The notes under the pieces: generated by a model
Told to the model about the DNA's origin: nothing
What the model saw: the letters and a program-made list of their open reading frames with translations, nothing else
Database searches by the model: none
Part shown: positions 14,765 to 27,763 of the stretch, piece after piece
How positions within the stretch are numbered: the first letter of the stretch is position 1
Layout of the letters: every line of letters begins with the position of its first letter
NCBI RefSeq assembly: GCF_009914755.1
Contig: NC_060926.1
DNA: 64,000 nt
From: the human T2T-CHM13v2.0 reference genome, Homo sapiens
Reading direction: 5' to 3' (one strand)
Translations under genes and position numbers: made by a program

Positions 14765-15270
14765 ATGCTTTGATTGCCTCTTGGATAGACCTGAACCTTT
14801 CCTGCCTTGCTCTTTGTCCGGAGAGGCTGATCTCCATGCACTGCATCAGGTGCACCCCCTTGCCTTCCAGCTTTTGGTTGGCTATAGATAACAAGATGTA
14901 GCACTGCAGATGAGAAGATGGGAGGAGCCTGTGGGAGATGAGCAGAGAGCAGAAAGGAGGGGGAATCTGTGTATCCACATGTTCCCTCATGGCTTCTCTG
15001 GGCAGTTTCTCTAACACAGCTACAACTGTCACCAGTGCTGGTGACATGACCCTTCCCATTCTCCTTCAGACCAAGAGTAGGAACAGCTTCCCACTGTCAC
15101 TACTCTCTGGTTGTTTTGCCATCTATTATTTCCTTAGCTCCACCTGCATCTTTGGGTCTTTCCAAAGACTCTATTCCATTTCAGGTAAATGGGACTTTCC
15201 TTACAAATCTATTTAATTAAAAGCTGTGTTGATCATGTCATGTATTCCTTCTGCAACTCTGGAGGATACA
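14765..15270 (+). mobile_element. LTR33-like ERVL solo LTR
   Basis: gagaggctgatctccatgcactgcatca...cccttgccttccagcttttggttgg...aacagcttcccactgt...ends gataca. Confidence 0.7.
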
Positions 15271-16178
15271 GACACCATAACCAACCTTCTATCTAACCAT
15301 ACCCTTATCCAGCCTCCAACCCTTTGTACTGTTGGTTTCAAAGAAATAGCACAAGCACATTCCCCAGGCTCCCATCCTCACCTTAGAAATGGGAAATAAG
15401 CACCCAGAGAAGGAAAGGGACTTTCCAAAGGCTTCATCATTTTCAGGAGAGAACCAGGGCTTTGGTTGAGAAGAAATGAACTTCAAGGGGAAAGCTTTCT
15501 AAAGAATAGGTCTGGAACTGGAAACATGACAGTTCCGTCTCCACTGCCAAGGAGGAGTCACATTGGAAAACATTCCTTGGGATCTGCCCTTAGCTAGTTA
15601 GGGATTAGGGTTGGCAAGAAAAGTGTGTTGGGACATTCACCCCAAACCCAGGAACCTGAGACTCCTGTTCTGAATCCACAAGAATTCCCCAGAGCCACGG
15701 CCCCCTGCATTGATCTCCTGTGGCCGGTATCCCTGAAAGCAGCATGCCAGGTTGGCCAACACCTCTTCTAGTGAGAATACCCAATTCACATTTATGAAAA
15801 TAGAGACACTGCTGTCCTCATCAGCAGTGAACTTCATGATTCAATCTGCTTTGGGTAAATATGCTACTCACAAAGGCAATCTGAGTTAGCTGGGAGGGAA
15901 GAGAGGCAGAGGTGCAGGGAATCGCATCCCTCTTGGAGAACTGCAAGCAGATAGGAAAGCATGGGATGGAGGTGGGAAACTCATCCTGTAATTCTCAAAG
16001 GAACTGTGTTGCATTTTCTCCCTTGGCCTACCTCATCACCAGCTTTACATCTCAGGGGTCCTGGGGCATTGGAGCGCTAACATGGTCCCTAAGGAGACTT
16101 CCAGTGCCTTCTCTTTTAAGTAACTCATTTTTCTAGTCCTGCCTCCCTGGTATCTTCCAAACAGCACTCAAAGTAACT

Positions 16179-16193
16179 CCTGCAGGAGGCGCT
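16179..16193 (+). promoter_or_regulatory. Possible CTCF core motif
   Basis: cctgcaggaggcgct resembles CCASYAGRKGGCRS with 2 deviations; motif match only. Confidence 0.3.
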
Positions 16194-16799
16194 GTGGGAT
16201 CTTTGAAGGCAGGGCCTGTAACTAAAGAGACTTTTACCTCCAGCACCACTTTGTGGCCTGGCAGATAGCAGGTGCTCATGGAAGGTTTGTCCATTTCATG
16301 AAGGGAGGTGAGCATGCCCAAAGCATCACGAGGCAGGAGCTATTTTTTAGCACATATTTTCCTCAAATTACAAGTTTTAAAATTTAAAATTTGCCTATCT
16401 TGAAGGCCACATTTAGAAAACCCCTTAAGAAAAAGAAAGATCAAATACCCTTTCCCAGGAGATTTAATGCTTTAATAAAGTATAAATTCAAATGCATTAA
16501 TAGGGAACAAAACTGCAGTAATTTTTCTGGTGAGTCAAGTTGTGAAAAATTGTATTACAGCTAATATGCCAATTAATTCATCATTGGGTCAATTATCAGG
16601 TATTTCTTTATTCTTATTTGATATCTGGAGGTGCCCTGAAACTATAAATTCCCTGCATCTTTATTAGATTGTCAGATAACTCCGAGTGTCCCACCCCACC
16701 CGAATCCCTGTCCCTCCCAATCATGCCTACAAAATTTTTTATTTCTAAATCTTCACAAGACTCTGAATTGCCTAAGCTTCACAGCAAACCTCAGCAATC

Positions 16800-16851
16800 T
16801 GTGTGTGTGTGTGTGTGTGTGCGCGCGCGCGCGCGCGCGCGCGCGCACGCA
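16800..16851. repeat. (GT)10(GC)13 alternating purine-pyrimidine tract, Z-DNA-prone
   Basis: Direct read: 16801-16820 (GT)10, 16821-16846 (GC)13, then acgca. Confidence 0.95.
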
Positions 16852-17087
16852 AAACTTATCTTCTCTGACCTCTTAGCTTATTCCAAGCTTCAATCTAAGC
16901 ATCTAATCAAACAGTTGTCCCTCTCTATTAGCCCCTTCTTCTTCTGCGGCTCACCTGTTTATCTTCTCGTCTCTCTGGAATAGCTCTTGGAAAGGGTTCC
17001 AATTCAATCTCATCAGAGGTTCAAGTAATATTTTTCCAGCTGAATTTATAATAGATGTCCTACTTTTCTAAATAGAATGTGGGTAAC

Positions 17088-17090
17088 AGA

Positions 17091-17143
<53 letters not shown>

Positions 17144-17150
17144 TGTGTGT
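17088..17150. repeat. (GA)n(GT)n compound microsatellite
   Basis: About 22 uninterrupted GA units followed by 5 GT units. Confidence 0.95.
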
Positions 17151-17309
17151 TTTGTTGTTGTCATTGGAAAGAAAAATAAGATTTAGAATACAATTTTAGA
17201 ACTGAAATAGAGCTAAAGGACCAGGGAATCCAGGTCCCTACTGGATAAGTAAGCCAGGACGCAGAGAGGTTCAGTGATGCAGTATGCTCACACCTCACGT
17301 TACTGCACA

Positions 17310-17750
17310 TTTAAGATTATACTGAGATTTGATAGCGATTATGTTGAGTCCATAGGTCAATTACATATTAACAACCTTAAGTCAGCTGACTCATGACTGT
17401 AAAATATCTTTTTATTCATTTAGGTTTTTTATAATTTTTTTCAGCAACATTTTATATTTTTCAGTATATTGTTCTTGCACATATTTTGTTATATTCATCC
17501 CTAAGTATTTTGCATTTTTATTGCTATTACAAATTATATTATTATTTTTAGGTTTTATTTCCAGTTATTCACTGTACATATGTATAATTTCAATTAATTT
17601 TATATACTGAACTTTTACCCTGCAACCTTGCTAAGCTCACTTACTATTTCTAGTAACTTTTTTGTATTTTTTACATAGACTATAAATAAAGATAATTTTA
17701 CTTCTTGCTTTCCAAACTGTATTCCCATTATTATTATTATGGGCCTAATT
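17310..17750 (-). mobile_element. L1M ORF2 fragment
   Basis: T-rich L1 antisense motifs (ttcatccctaagtatttt, accctgcaaccttgctaagctcacttactatttctagtaac, gataattttacttcttgctttccaa). Confidence 0.75.
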
Positions 17751-18475
17751 TCATTTATTTCCTGACTTCATGCAGGTGATTTTTAACACATATTTGTAGA
17801 CTTTTAGATTTTTTTAAATATGTGATTATGTTTTAAATTCATAGCACTGTACAAATACATATTATTGTTGCCTTTATCAAAATAAATAAACTAGGACTCA
17901 CATTTTATACTGATTTAGTATTAATTCATGTTTCATTTTTCCAAAAGCTACACATAATCATTAAAGCCCTATTCCACATGACCCTACCATGCTACAAACA
18001 CAGTTAGCCCTAGTGGTCTATGACGTATCCTTTCCCCTCTGAAATATGAAGTACCCTCTTACTGCTACAACATTAACATTCACGCCCTCGCAGAATCCTT
18101 CATTCCCTATCTCCTTCCTTCTCTCCATCCTCTCTTTTTTCCACACATGTATACAGGGCACCTGCTCCTACCACACAGCAAGCAAATCAGCCCTTGGGAA
18201 TAAATAAAACCCATGCTAGCTGCCCTCAAGTTGCTCCACAGCTAGTATAGAGATTGTATATTACTGAGGCGATTTCCGGAGACACACGTACGATGTAGTG
18301 GGTGTAGAGAGGAAGGTGTGTGCATACCTGCAGAGGGCAGTCAGAACCGACCTCCTACAACTAGGGAAGAAAATGTGCAAAGAGGTCAAAAAAAGAAAAA
18401 AATCCCCCTTTATTACTGTGCTTCAAGGAAATTTTCAATGTCAAGTAGAGAGTGATGAGAAATATGTTTGGATGA

Positions 18476-18962
18476 TGTGTTAGTCATGATTCAGACAGAA
18501 AAATGGAAATGACTCTAGGTGTTTCAAACAAAAATAATTTAATGCAGGGAATTAGTTACAGAGGGACAGCAGAACTTAGCAGCTTCACAGAGAATGGTGA
18601 AGCCTTCTTGGGCTTAGCAAGCAGCAGGAACCTCTGGTACTCTAGGGTTGGAGGGATCAGACAAGAATGCTGCTAGCAGGATTCAAGAGCCAGGGCTGCC
18701 CAGAATGAGCTAAAACTGGGGTGAGACTGATTAGGAGGAGCTGGAATCTCCCTGAAAGCACTTTTTCTGGGGCAGCTGGTGGGAAGAGAGAGAAAGTACA
18801 AAGAAATACCCTCCCTCTGCCCTGCCTCTGTCCTCAAACCTCCTATTGAATGAATTTAGCAGGAAGACAGAGGGCAAGAGATTCTGGGTAATGGAACTTC
18901 CTACGATACAGAAACAGAAAAACAAGGAACTAGCTTGAGACCAAACAGGCAAATGACAGGCA
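18476..18962 (-). mobile_element. Old ERVL-type solo LTR (LTR33/LTR41-like)
   Basis: tgtgttagtca...aatttaatgcagggaattagttaca...gcaggaagacagagggcaagaga. Confidence 0.55.
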
Positions 18963-19149
18963 TGGAGGGGTGGGTAGAGACCGTGGAAAGGAGGCCAGGC
19001 GGAGAATCATGAAGACGCTGAGCTTGTTGCTCTGCCTTCTCCTCCGCCTTGTGCATCTCCCAGCTGCTGAGGCTACAGATGGCCAAAGACACACTATTAA
19101 ATAAGGTCTGAAAAGTGGATTATAAGGTTCATATCATGACAGGTAGTTA

Positions 19150-20560
19150 GATAATACATATCAATATACCAAAGCTTCCAAAAAAAACATAAATGCGATA
19201 AAGTTCCAATTAGAATGTCAGTAACATATGCAGGGATTGAATAAAAGTGCTGGAAAGATTTCATGAAAGTATAAATCCTGGAGAATCAGTGAGGGCATTT
19301 TGAAATGTCGTTTGAATTTTGAATTGCTGGTATAACAAATCAGTACTACAGAGCTACTGAAATTATATGGCTGTGGTTTGGTCTAGGAATACATAGACAC
19401 ATTGATGGACTAGAAGAGGGAATAAAGTAAAAGACCACATTGGTTGTGAGAATGTGATAAATGGCAATGATGGCATTTTAATTCAGTGGTAAGGAATGGA
19501 TTGTTTAATAAATGGTACAGTCACAGCTGGTTATCCATCTGGAAGAATATAAAACTGGACCCCCTTCATACATCATGGCAAAATATAAATTCCAAATGGA
19601 TTAAAGTCTTAAATGTAAAAAAAAAAAAAGGAAATCCTGGAACCTCGATGGACATTCTCAAGGCAAAATAGATATGAACCTACCTGAATTGACTTGAAAA
19701 ATTAAATTATATATAATGAGAGATGCCAGATGCATCTCTTATATGCCATAAGCACAAAACATAACAAAAATACTTGGAGAAGTATTTTCAATGAGGACAG
19801 ATGTCAATTATTAATAATAGACAAATATCTTTTACACATTTGCAAAAAGAGAACAAACAAGGTAAGTGGGAAAAATGGGCAAAGGATTAGAAGAGACCAT
19901 TTACACAGGAGCAAATCCAAATGGCCAGCAGATATGTGAAAACATTCTCAGATGTAACAGTTATGAGTGAAGTGCAAATTAATGCATCAATGACTATTTC
20001 TTTACATTTATGAATCTGCCAACTTTTTTCAACAAAAGGAAAAATTACTGATGGCAGATATGTGAGGATAGGGCACCCTCACATTGCTGGAGTAATCTGA
20101 CAATGTTTTAAAAACAGTTTATAAGACTCTAAAATTAGAAACATATATTCTCTTTGATGCAGCAAATACAACTCTAGGAGCTGTCCTATAGAATTAAAAA
20201 GAGTTCACAAAGGGACTGCCCATCCGTAGGGAATGTCTGGAATAAACTATTGTATATCCATAGCAGGGAATGCTAAAAAAAAATCAACAAATGAATTGGA
20301 GTTATGCCAATGGAATTGGAAGATTTCAACAAAATTTGTTTTCAGTCTGTATAAGATGTCTTTTGTGGAATAAACAATAATATTGAGCAGAAAAAACATT
20401 TCTATATATGTGTACCTACAAAAGATAATATGAGTACAGAGAAAAATACAGACAAATATATAAATTTGGTTATATGGAGGCTATGAATTTGGGTTTACTA
20501 ACAAGGGAGTGGTCTTTTAGTGGAGAAAAAAAGGAGAATTGAATGAGGAGGCTGGTGTAA
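19150..20560 (+). mobile_element. L1ME-type ORF2 3' region and 3' UTR, degenerate
   Basis: Translation GLFNKWYSHSWLSIWKNIKLDPLHTSWQNINSKWIKVLNVK resembles L1 ORF2 ([39 protein letters not shown]). Confidence 0.85.
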
Positions 20561-21005
20561 AGTATGGGGAAAAGATTAAAGCTGTCTATTTCCCATCTTC
20601 ATATATGATACGATCATGTTAATGTAGTCACATGAAGTCATATTTGTTACATAAAATATCATTATACCATGCATAGTGTTTATAGTTACATAAAACTATA
20701 TGCATGTGTATGTTCACACATACAGACTTACATTTATTCTATAATTATATATGATACATATATATGATTGCTCATGAATACAAACAAATGCCTCCAGCAT
20801 AGGGGCCTTCCATGGACTCAGGAGGTCCGCATCCTCCATTGCCTGGTGGCTGATGTCATAGTGACTTTTGCTGCACAGGTAGAGAGAGGTTAGCCAGAAA
20901 GCCTGCTTCTGCAGTCCACAAGGCTCTTTCTAAACTAGCTATGGGATTAATTAGAACATGTGACACTGTTTATCTTTTTCATTTATTTTAGTTTGTGGTT
21001 TTTCT

Positions 21006-21311
<306 letters not shown>

Positions 21312-21444
21312 TAGTTTGTGGTTTTTCTAAGTGATTGCTCTAAGGCTGAGTCAATTACATTTCCCTTTCCCTTGGGTTTCCCTGGGAAAGAACCACTGCA
21401 TCCATTTCAGAAACGCTGAGAAAGTAGAAATTATTTAGCCTGCC

Positions 21445-21600
21445 TGCCTTAGCCTTAGTTTTTTCATCTGTGAAATGAAGGTAATGATACCTACTTTGTC
21501 CCTGTCTCATAAGGGTAACATGGAAATTAATAAGATAATTAACTGGATACCAGCTCCTACTAAAGATGTACTATGTATGTAAAGCTTCTTATTGTTCATA
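21445..21600 (+). mobile_element. MIR fragment
   Basis: agttttttcatctgtgaaatgaaggtaatgatacctact. Confidence 0.65.
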
Positions 21601-22591
21601 AGTTTTCAACTCTGGATTGCGTGTGCCTTTCACTTTTGTAACAGTGGCTTGGAGGGAAAGAGAGTGCACCTGATCTTCTGTAATTAAGCAGAAGGTAAAA
21701 CACTGCAGTGATTAAGAGAAATCAAAGTCCATTTTATTTATAGATGGATAATCAACTATTTTGCAACAAGGCTTTTGGTACTTGGAAAATCAACTTAAAT
21801 TCAAAGAATGACTTTGGTAGTCCCACCAAAAAAAAAAAAAAAAAAAAATCAGCTCCTCTTCTTCATCTTCATGGATGTAGGTTGTAACTCCTGACCCTCA
21901 TTTTCTGTTTCTTTTGTTGCTACCATCAACATTTACCTCCCATAGCATCTGGATACAGCCTATTCACTGTGCTTGCATCAAAGCAATCCTGTTATAAACT
22001 CAGAAGGATATTTCCAAAACACAAATCTAGCCCCTCAGAAAACTTTGACTGGTTCTTCTTTGTTTTCCAGACAAAATCTGCAGTCTTTTAAATGGTATCA
22101 AGTGATCCTCCATGCCCTGACTCCTCCCTACTTCCCAAAGCTCACATTAGTGTTCTGTTGACCGCTCCCTAGCCATTGTTCACTGACAACTGTAGGGAGG
22201 ATGGGAAGGTGGCTTTCACCACCGGGTCTGCATAGTATCTGTGCTGCCCACTATGACCTCCACCCACCCCACCCACAACAGTCATCAGTGATGATGGAGC
22301 TGGGCCCCAGGCAGCAGCAGGAGCTGGGGTTTGGACCCCAGGGCTGCAGCAGCACTGGCCCACAGCTGAATGGCTGGGAGGAAGGTTGGACTGACCAAGG
22401 CTATGTGTAAGAGGAAGGGCACTGCAGGGTTCTGGTCATTAAAAATCTGGAAAGGGAAGGAACCACTAGGTGCAGAGTCGAGTTGGAGGTAGGAAGCAAG
22501 GACGTTTGTAACCCAGAAGAAAAGTGAGACTGGAGGGATGCCCTCAGGAACGCTGGATGGAGTTCTTTTTAGATGTCTCAAGTTTACTTTT

Positions 22592-22865
22592 GTTTTGTTT
22601 TTGTTTTTGTTTTTTTGAGATGGAGTCTTGCTCTGTGACCCAGGCTGGAGTGCAGTGGCACGATCTTGGCTCACTGCAACGTCCGCCTCCAGTGTTCAAG
22701 CGATTCTCCAGCCTCTGCTTCCTGAGTAGCTGGTATTACAGGCACGCACCTCCACACCCAGCTAATTTTTTTGTATTTTTAGTAGAGACGGGGTTTCACT
22801 ATGTTGGTTCAGGCTGGCCTTGAACTCCTGACCTCGTGAACTGTTGGCCTTGCCCTCCCAAAGTG
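22592..22865 (-). mobile_element. AluS (Sg-like), 5'-truncated by ~30 bp, 14-bp TSD
   Basis: Alu body with (TTTTTG)n tail; TSD tcaagtttactttt at 22578-22591 and 22866-22879. Confidence 0.93.
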
Positions 22866-24209
22866 TCAAGTTTACTTTTTGAAAGACACATCTTCCATTG
22901 TCCTTTTGTTTTCCTCAAAGCAAACAGCAGGCCTACCAGTCCCTTCCCCTCCTCATCTCCCTAAAGGCTGTGCTTGGGCCTCAGAGTGTGCCTCACCTGG
23001 TGTTTATAGCTCTTGAGTCTCAGCGGGGAGCAAAGCAACTCTTAACCCTGCATGCACCAGTGAGAATCAAAATGGAAATGGATGTTCATCTCACCTGGAT
23101 ATGGATGCATGTGTGGAAGTTAGAAAGCGTGGCTAAGCTGACACAGATAGAGGCTTCACAGCTGGCTCTTGGCCAGGACAGGTAGTAGAGCAGGGAGCCC
23201 CGATTGGTAGCTTCTGCAGATTTCCATGGTGTCAATGTACTTGGGAATACGGTAACATGGCCAATAAATATCAAGCCACCATTTTGTTTGTTTGTTTTTT
23301 AATGGCTTTCAGAAGTCACAATAACTTAAAATACAGCTCTCCTGACCCAGTACAAACCAGCAACAGCACACCACCCAGCAAAAACAAGCAGCTTCTGGGA
23401 CACACACATGACTCTTCCAATAGTTAGGAACTTCCTCTTAGTTAGGAACTATGAAATTAAATGAACAGTTAAATAAACACAGACCATAACTGGAGCCAGC
23501 ACTAACCTAAATCTCTAGGAAGCATGTATGGAGTGTGTTCTAGGAGAAGACAGCACATGTGACATTTTATGAGACTAAGTCCAGGCATACAAATCAATTT
23601 CCTACTGATGCTCAAAGGCAACCATGAACTTGCTGATGTCAGTAGGTCTCCCTTCATCACTCCAGTTTTTTAAGGACTACTCGGCTGACTGGGCTTCTAA
23701 TACAGATATATCAAATACCTCATCTCTTGCGAACTTCATGGCTCTGAGATGTAGGAATCACTCTTCCCACTTTGTCAACAGGGAAATTGAAGCTCAAAGA
23801 GCTCAAGGAGCTTTCTGTGGTACCCTTGCTTACAGACAACTAATGAGTAAATTAGGATATCCAGATGCTCATGTAGACATCATGGGAATGTTTCAATCTT
23901 ATGTCATATGCAATTTGATTAACTCTCAGACCTTGAAATTAGCAACTGTTGTCCACTATACAATAATCTGTATTTAATCAATATTTTCTAAAGAAATGAA
24001 TTTTAGATAATTTTCGAAGAAGACAATGATAAATAACAGCCACTTGACGATAAAAATCACCCCCACTGTCCTCCTGAGTAGATGGGAGGGACAGGTAGAT
24101 TAGTTGACAATTGCTGTTCCTTTTAATGCTGAAATCATTTGGAAAGCTTTGATTTTATTATATCTGCCACTTTTAAGCCCCTCCCCATGTACAAGCTGTT
24201 TTATATATT

Positions 24210-24390
24210 GAGCCTCACTTCATCTGCATCTTAAAAGTAACAAAGCCCCATTTCCACTGTACAGCTGAAAAAAAGAGTTCAGGCAGTTAAGTGATTTGCC
24301 TAAATTTGCACAAATTATAGAGGACAGAGTTGGCACTCATGTCCAGTTCTGCCCAGTGTCAATTTCCACACTTGTTCTCCTTGATGACAG
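24210..24390 (-). mobile_element. MIR fragment
   Basis: cccatttcc...gttaagtgatttgcctaaatttgcaca. Confidence 0.55.
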
Positions 24391-25169
24391 AACCTCCCTG
24401 CTCCCTTGTCCTCTGTCACCCTACTCTCAGACGCACCACTGGGGTCACCTCCTGTCTCACTCTGAGGGTAGCACATGTGTGCTGTTGCTAGAACTGAGGG
24501 AAAAACCCTTTCTTCCACCTGGGCTCTGGTGCTTTCAACATATTTAAATCGAAAATCCAAACATGTGCCACTCAGCACAACAGTCACCTCTACCCATTTG
24601 ATTCCAAATGCGAAGCTGTTCAATAATGCTGCTTAGAAAGTTCAGGGAGTTATGACATACCATGACCCACTGGGCCCATGTCGTAGCCTTAATCATAATT
24701 GGAGCTTGTCTAGAATCTCTCCATTCCTTGGTGCTAACATACAGGATTTTAATCACAAATTTGCAGCTCCATCTCATTATGAAGAGGAGCAATCCCTCAC
24801 AATGTTGTTAATTGACCTTAATCTAATGTGATGTGTAATACACTCAGCTGGATCCTCAGGCACTCTGGAAACAGAACAGTAAAACACCTCTTAAATCTAA
24901 ATTATATTTGAAATAGTAGATTAGATTATTCCCAGCATCTGCAAACAAACCGTAGCCTGCTGAAATTTATCTTGCACTTTCCAAACAAGGCAAAGACTCC
25001 AGCCTGACATGCTGAATGCTTTATGAGTTCATCTACCCTGAAAGTCACACGCTTGTCTTCCTAATGCACCAAATGGCTGCTGCCTGCAAGGGGATGAGTC
25101 CTCTGGCAGAAGAGTGTGGACCCCACACCTGTGCTGGCTCTGAGGCCAGGCTGACCTGTGAAGGGCAAG

Positions 25170-25355
25170 GTTGCATGTCAGACAGACTGGGCTCATTACC
25201 ACGTTGGCATTTACCAGCTCTGTGATCTTGGGCAAGTGATTTTAACATTTCTGAGCCACTGACTTCTCCTTGGTGGAGTACTGAGGGACTGAGAAGTTTA
25301 GAAAAATCTGCTTACAGCTACAGGAAATTCGTGAAAGTTGATGATATGACCATGT
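25170..25355 (+). mobile_element. MIR fragment
   Basis: cagacagactggg...catttaccagctctgtgatcttgggcaagtgattttaacatttctgagcc. Confidence 0.7.
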
Positions 25356-26804
25356 AAAATCTACTCTTCTTCCGTTTTTGTTTTTAATGAACATTTCATT
25401 TTAGATAATATAGATAAACATAGAGGTATGATAAATAATACAGAGACCTCTCATTTACCTGTTACCCAGTTTTCCTCAATAGTAGAATCTTGCAAAATTG
25501 TATTACAGTATCACAACTAGGATATCATCATCGTTACAGTCAAGATAAAGAACAATTCTGTTATCACCAGGATCCTCACATCGCTCTTTGATAGAATCCC
25601 CTAGCACCTCACTTCTGCCGTCCTTAATCACTGGCAGCTACTAATCTATTCTCAATTTCTATAATTTCATCATTCAAAAGTTTTATAGAAACAGAACCAT
25701 TCAGTATGTAAGCTTTGGGGATTGACTTTTTCACTCATGATAAGTCCCCGGAGACTTATCCAGGTTGTTGCACGCACCCATTGTTCACTGCTTTTCATTG
25801 CTGAGTAGTATTTCACAGTCAGGATTTACTAGCTTGTTTAACCACTTACTGGCTTAAAGACAACTGGGTTGTTTCCAGTTTTTGACTTTTACAAGTTAAG
25901 TTGCTATGAATATTTGAGTACAGGTTTTTGTGAACAAATAGTTTAATTTTTATTGGATGAGTGACCAAGAGCACAACTGCTGGACCATTTGGTAGTTGCA
26001 TGTTCGGTTGCATGAGAAACTGCCAAACTTTTCCCAAGTGACTGTGCCTTTTCATATCCCTCACCGACAATATATCACTGATTCAGTCCCTCTACATGCA
26101 CTCCACATTGCTGTTATCACTACTTTAAAAAAAAAAGCCATTCTGATAAGTTTGTCATGATATCTCACTGTGGTTTTAATATGCATATTCCTAATGTCTA
26201 ATGATGCTGTGCACCTTTCTATTTGCTTATTTACCATCTGTATATCCTCAAGTGAAATTTCTATTCATGTCCTTTACCAATTTTCTAATTGAAATATTTG
26301 TATTTTTATTGTTGAGTTTAAGACTTATATTCTATATTCTATACAGGTCCTTTGTTAGATATGTCATTTGCAAATATTTTTCTCCAGTCTGTACCTTGTC
26401 TTTGCATCCTCTTATTAGGGGTTTGCAGTGAGCTCAAGTTTTTAATTTGATGGTTTCTAATTATACATTTCCTTGAATGGATTGTGTAGTGTCAAACCTA
26501 AGAACTCTTTGCTTAACTCCACATTCTGAAAATTTTCTCCTATGTATTATCTATAAGTTATATAGCACTAAATTTTTTTAATCTAAGTCCATGATTCATT
26601 TGGAGTTAACGTTTATATAAGCTATGATATTTAGGTCAAGGTTCGTTTTTAATCTATGGATGTGTAATTGTTTTGGTATCATTTATTGAAAAAGCTATCC
26701 TTCTTCCATTGAATAGCTTTTGCACTTTTGTCAAACATCAGTTGAGTGTATTTTTGTGGGCTTATATCTGGATCTTTATTCTGTTCCATTGATCTATGTC
26801 TATG

Positions 26805-27763
26805 TGAAACCAGCCCTATAAAATTTAGAAAATTAATCAGGGAAGAAGGGAGGGGGAAAACAAAGGTAAACCAAGCTTGCAGCACAGTCACATTGATCAC
26901 TAGGTCAGCTTGCTCCCCAATGTGCTTCCTATTGTCCTAGAACCACACAGACACAAGCCAGGCATGGTGGCTCACACCTGTATTCCCAACACTTTGGGAG
27001 GCTGAGGCAGGAGGATCACCTGGGGTCAGGGGTTCAAGACCAGCCTGGCCAACATGGCGAAACCCTGTCTCTACTAAAAATAAAAATAAAAATAACTAGT
27101 TAGGCGTGGTGGTGGGCCCCTGTAAGGGAGGCTGAGGCAAGAGAGTCGCTTGAACCTGGGAGTCAGAGGTTGCAGTGAGTGGAGATCACGCCACTGCACT
27201 CCAGTCTGGGCAATAGAGCAGGACTCCATCTCAAAACAAAAAAACAAACAAACAAAAAAAGAACCACCCAGACACAGTTACATAATTATAGTTCTCCTTA
27301 CCTGCTCTATAGATAACAACTTGAACATCATGAAATGTTAAATTTTCCCTTTGAGCTATTCTTTCATCTTCTGCATACTGCTGAAACTACTGACTCAGTT
27401 GGTATGAAGAACCCCACTGATATCAGCTGGTGTAAAGGACCCCACTTATACCACCTGTCTGTGGGACCCTGTGAGAAGCTGACTCATCAAAGAATGGGGT
27501 CACCACATCCTGATGATTTCATTCCCCTTATCCTAACCAATCAGTGATCTCAATTTTCCAGCCCCTCACCCTCCATGATCCCCTTAAAAGCCCCAAGCAA
27601 TAACTCCTTGGAGAAATGGATTTGAGGGTTTCAAATTCCAAAGGGTACCATCTCCTTGCTTGGTGCCCTGCATTCATTAAATTCTTCCTCTGCAGCAAAC
27701 CCTGCCATGTCAGGGTATTGGTCTGTTACTGCACAGTGGCATAAGAACATGATGCTCCTATAA
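26805..27763 (+). mobile_element. ERV1 (MER4-group) solo LTR nested in L1
   Basis: Begins tgaaaccagccctataaaatt...aattaatcagggaagaagggaggggg...aaccaagcttgcagcac; 3' part has attaaa and ggtctgttactgcacagtgg typical of MER4-group LTR ends. Confidence 0.75.
26956..27259 (+). mobile_element. AluS (Sx-like) inserted in the LTR, 17-bp TSD
   Basis: Full Alu with small internal deletion; TSD agaaccac(a/c)cagacaca at 26939-26955 and 27260-27276. Confidence 0.93.

Noticed and set aside
15027-15046. Perfect 9-bp hairpin tgtcaccag-tg-ctggtgaca
   Set aside because: About one such hairpin is expected by chance in 64 kb, and it lies within an old LTR.
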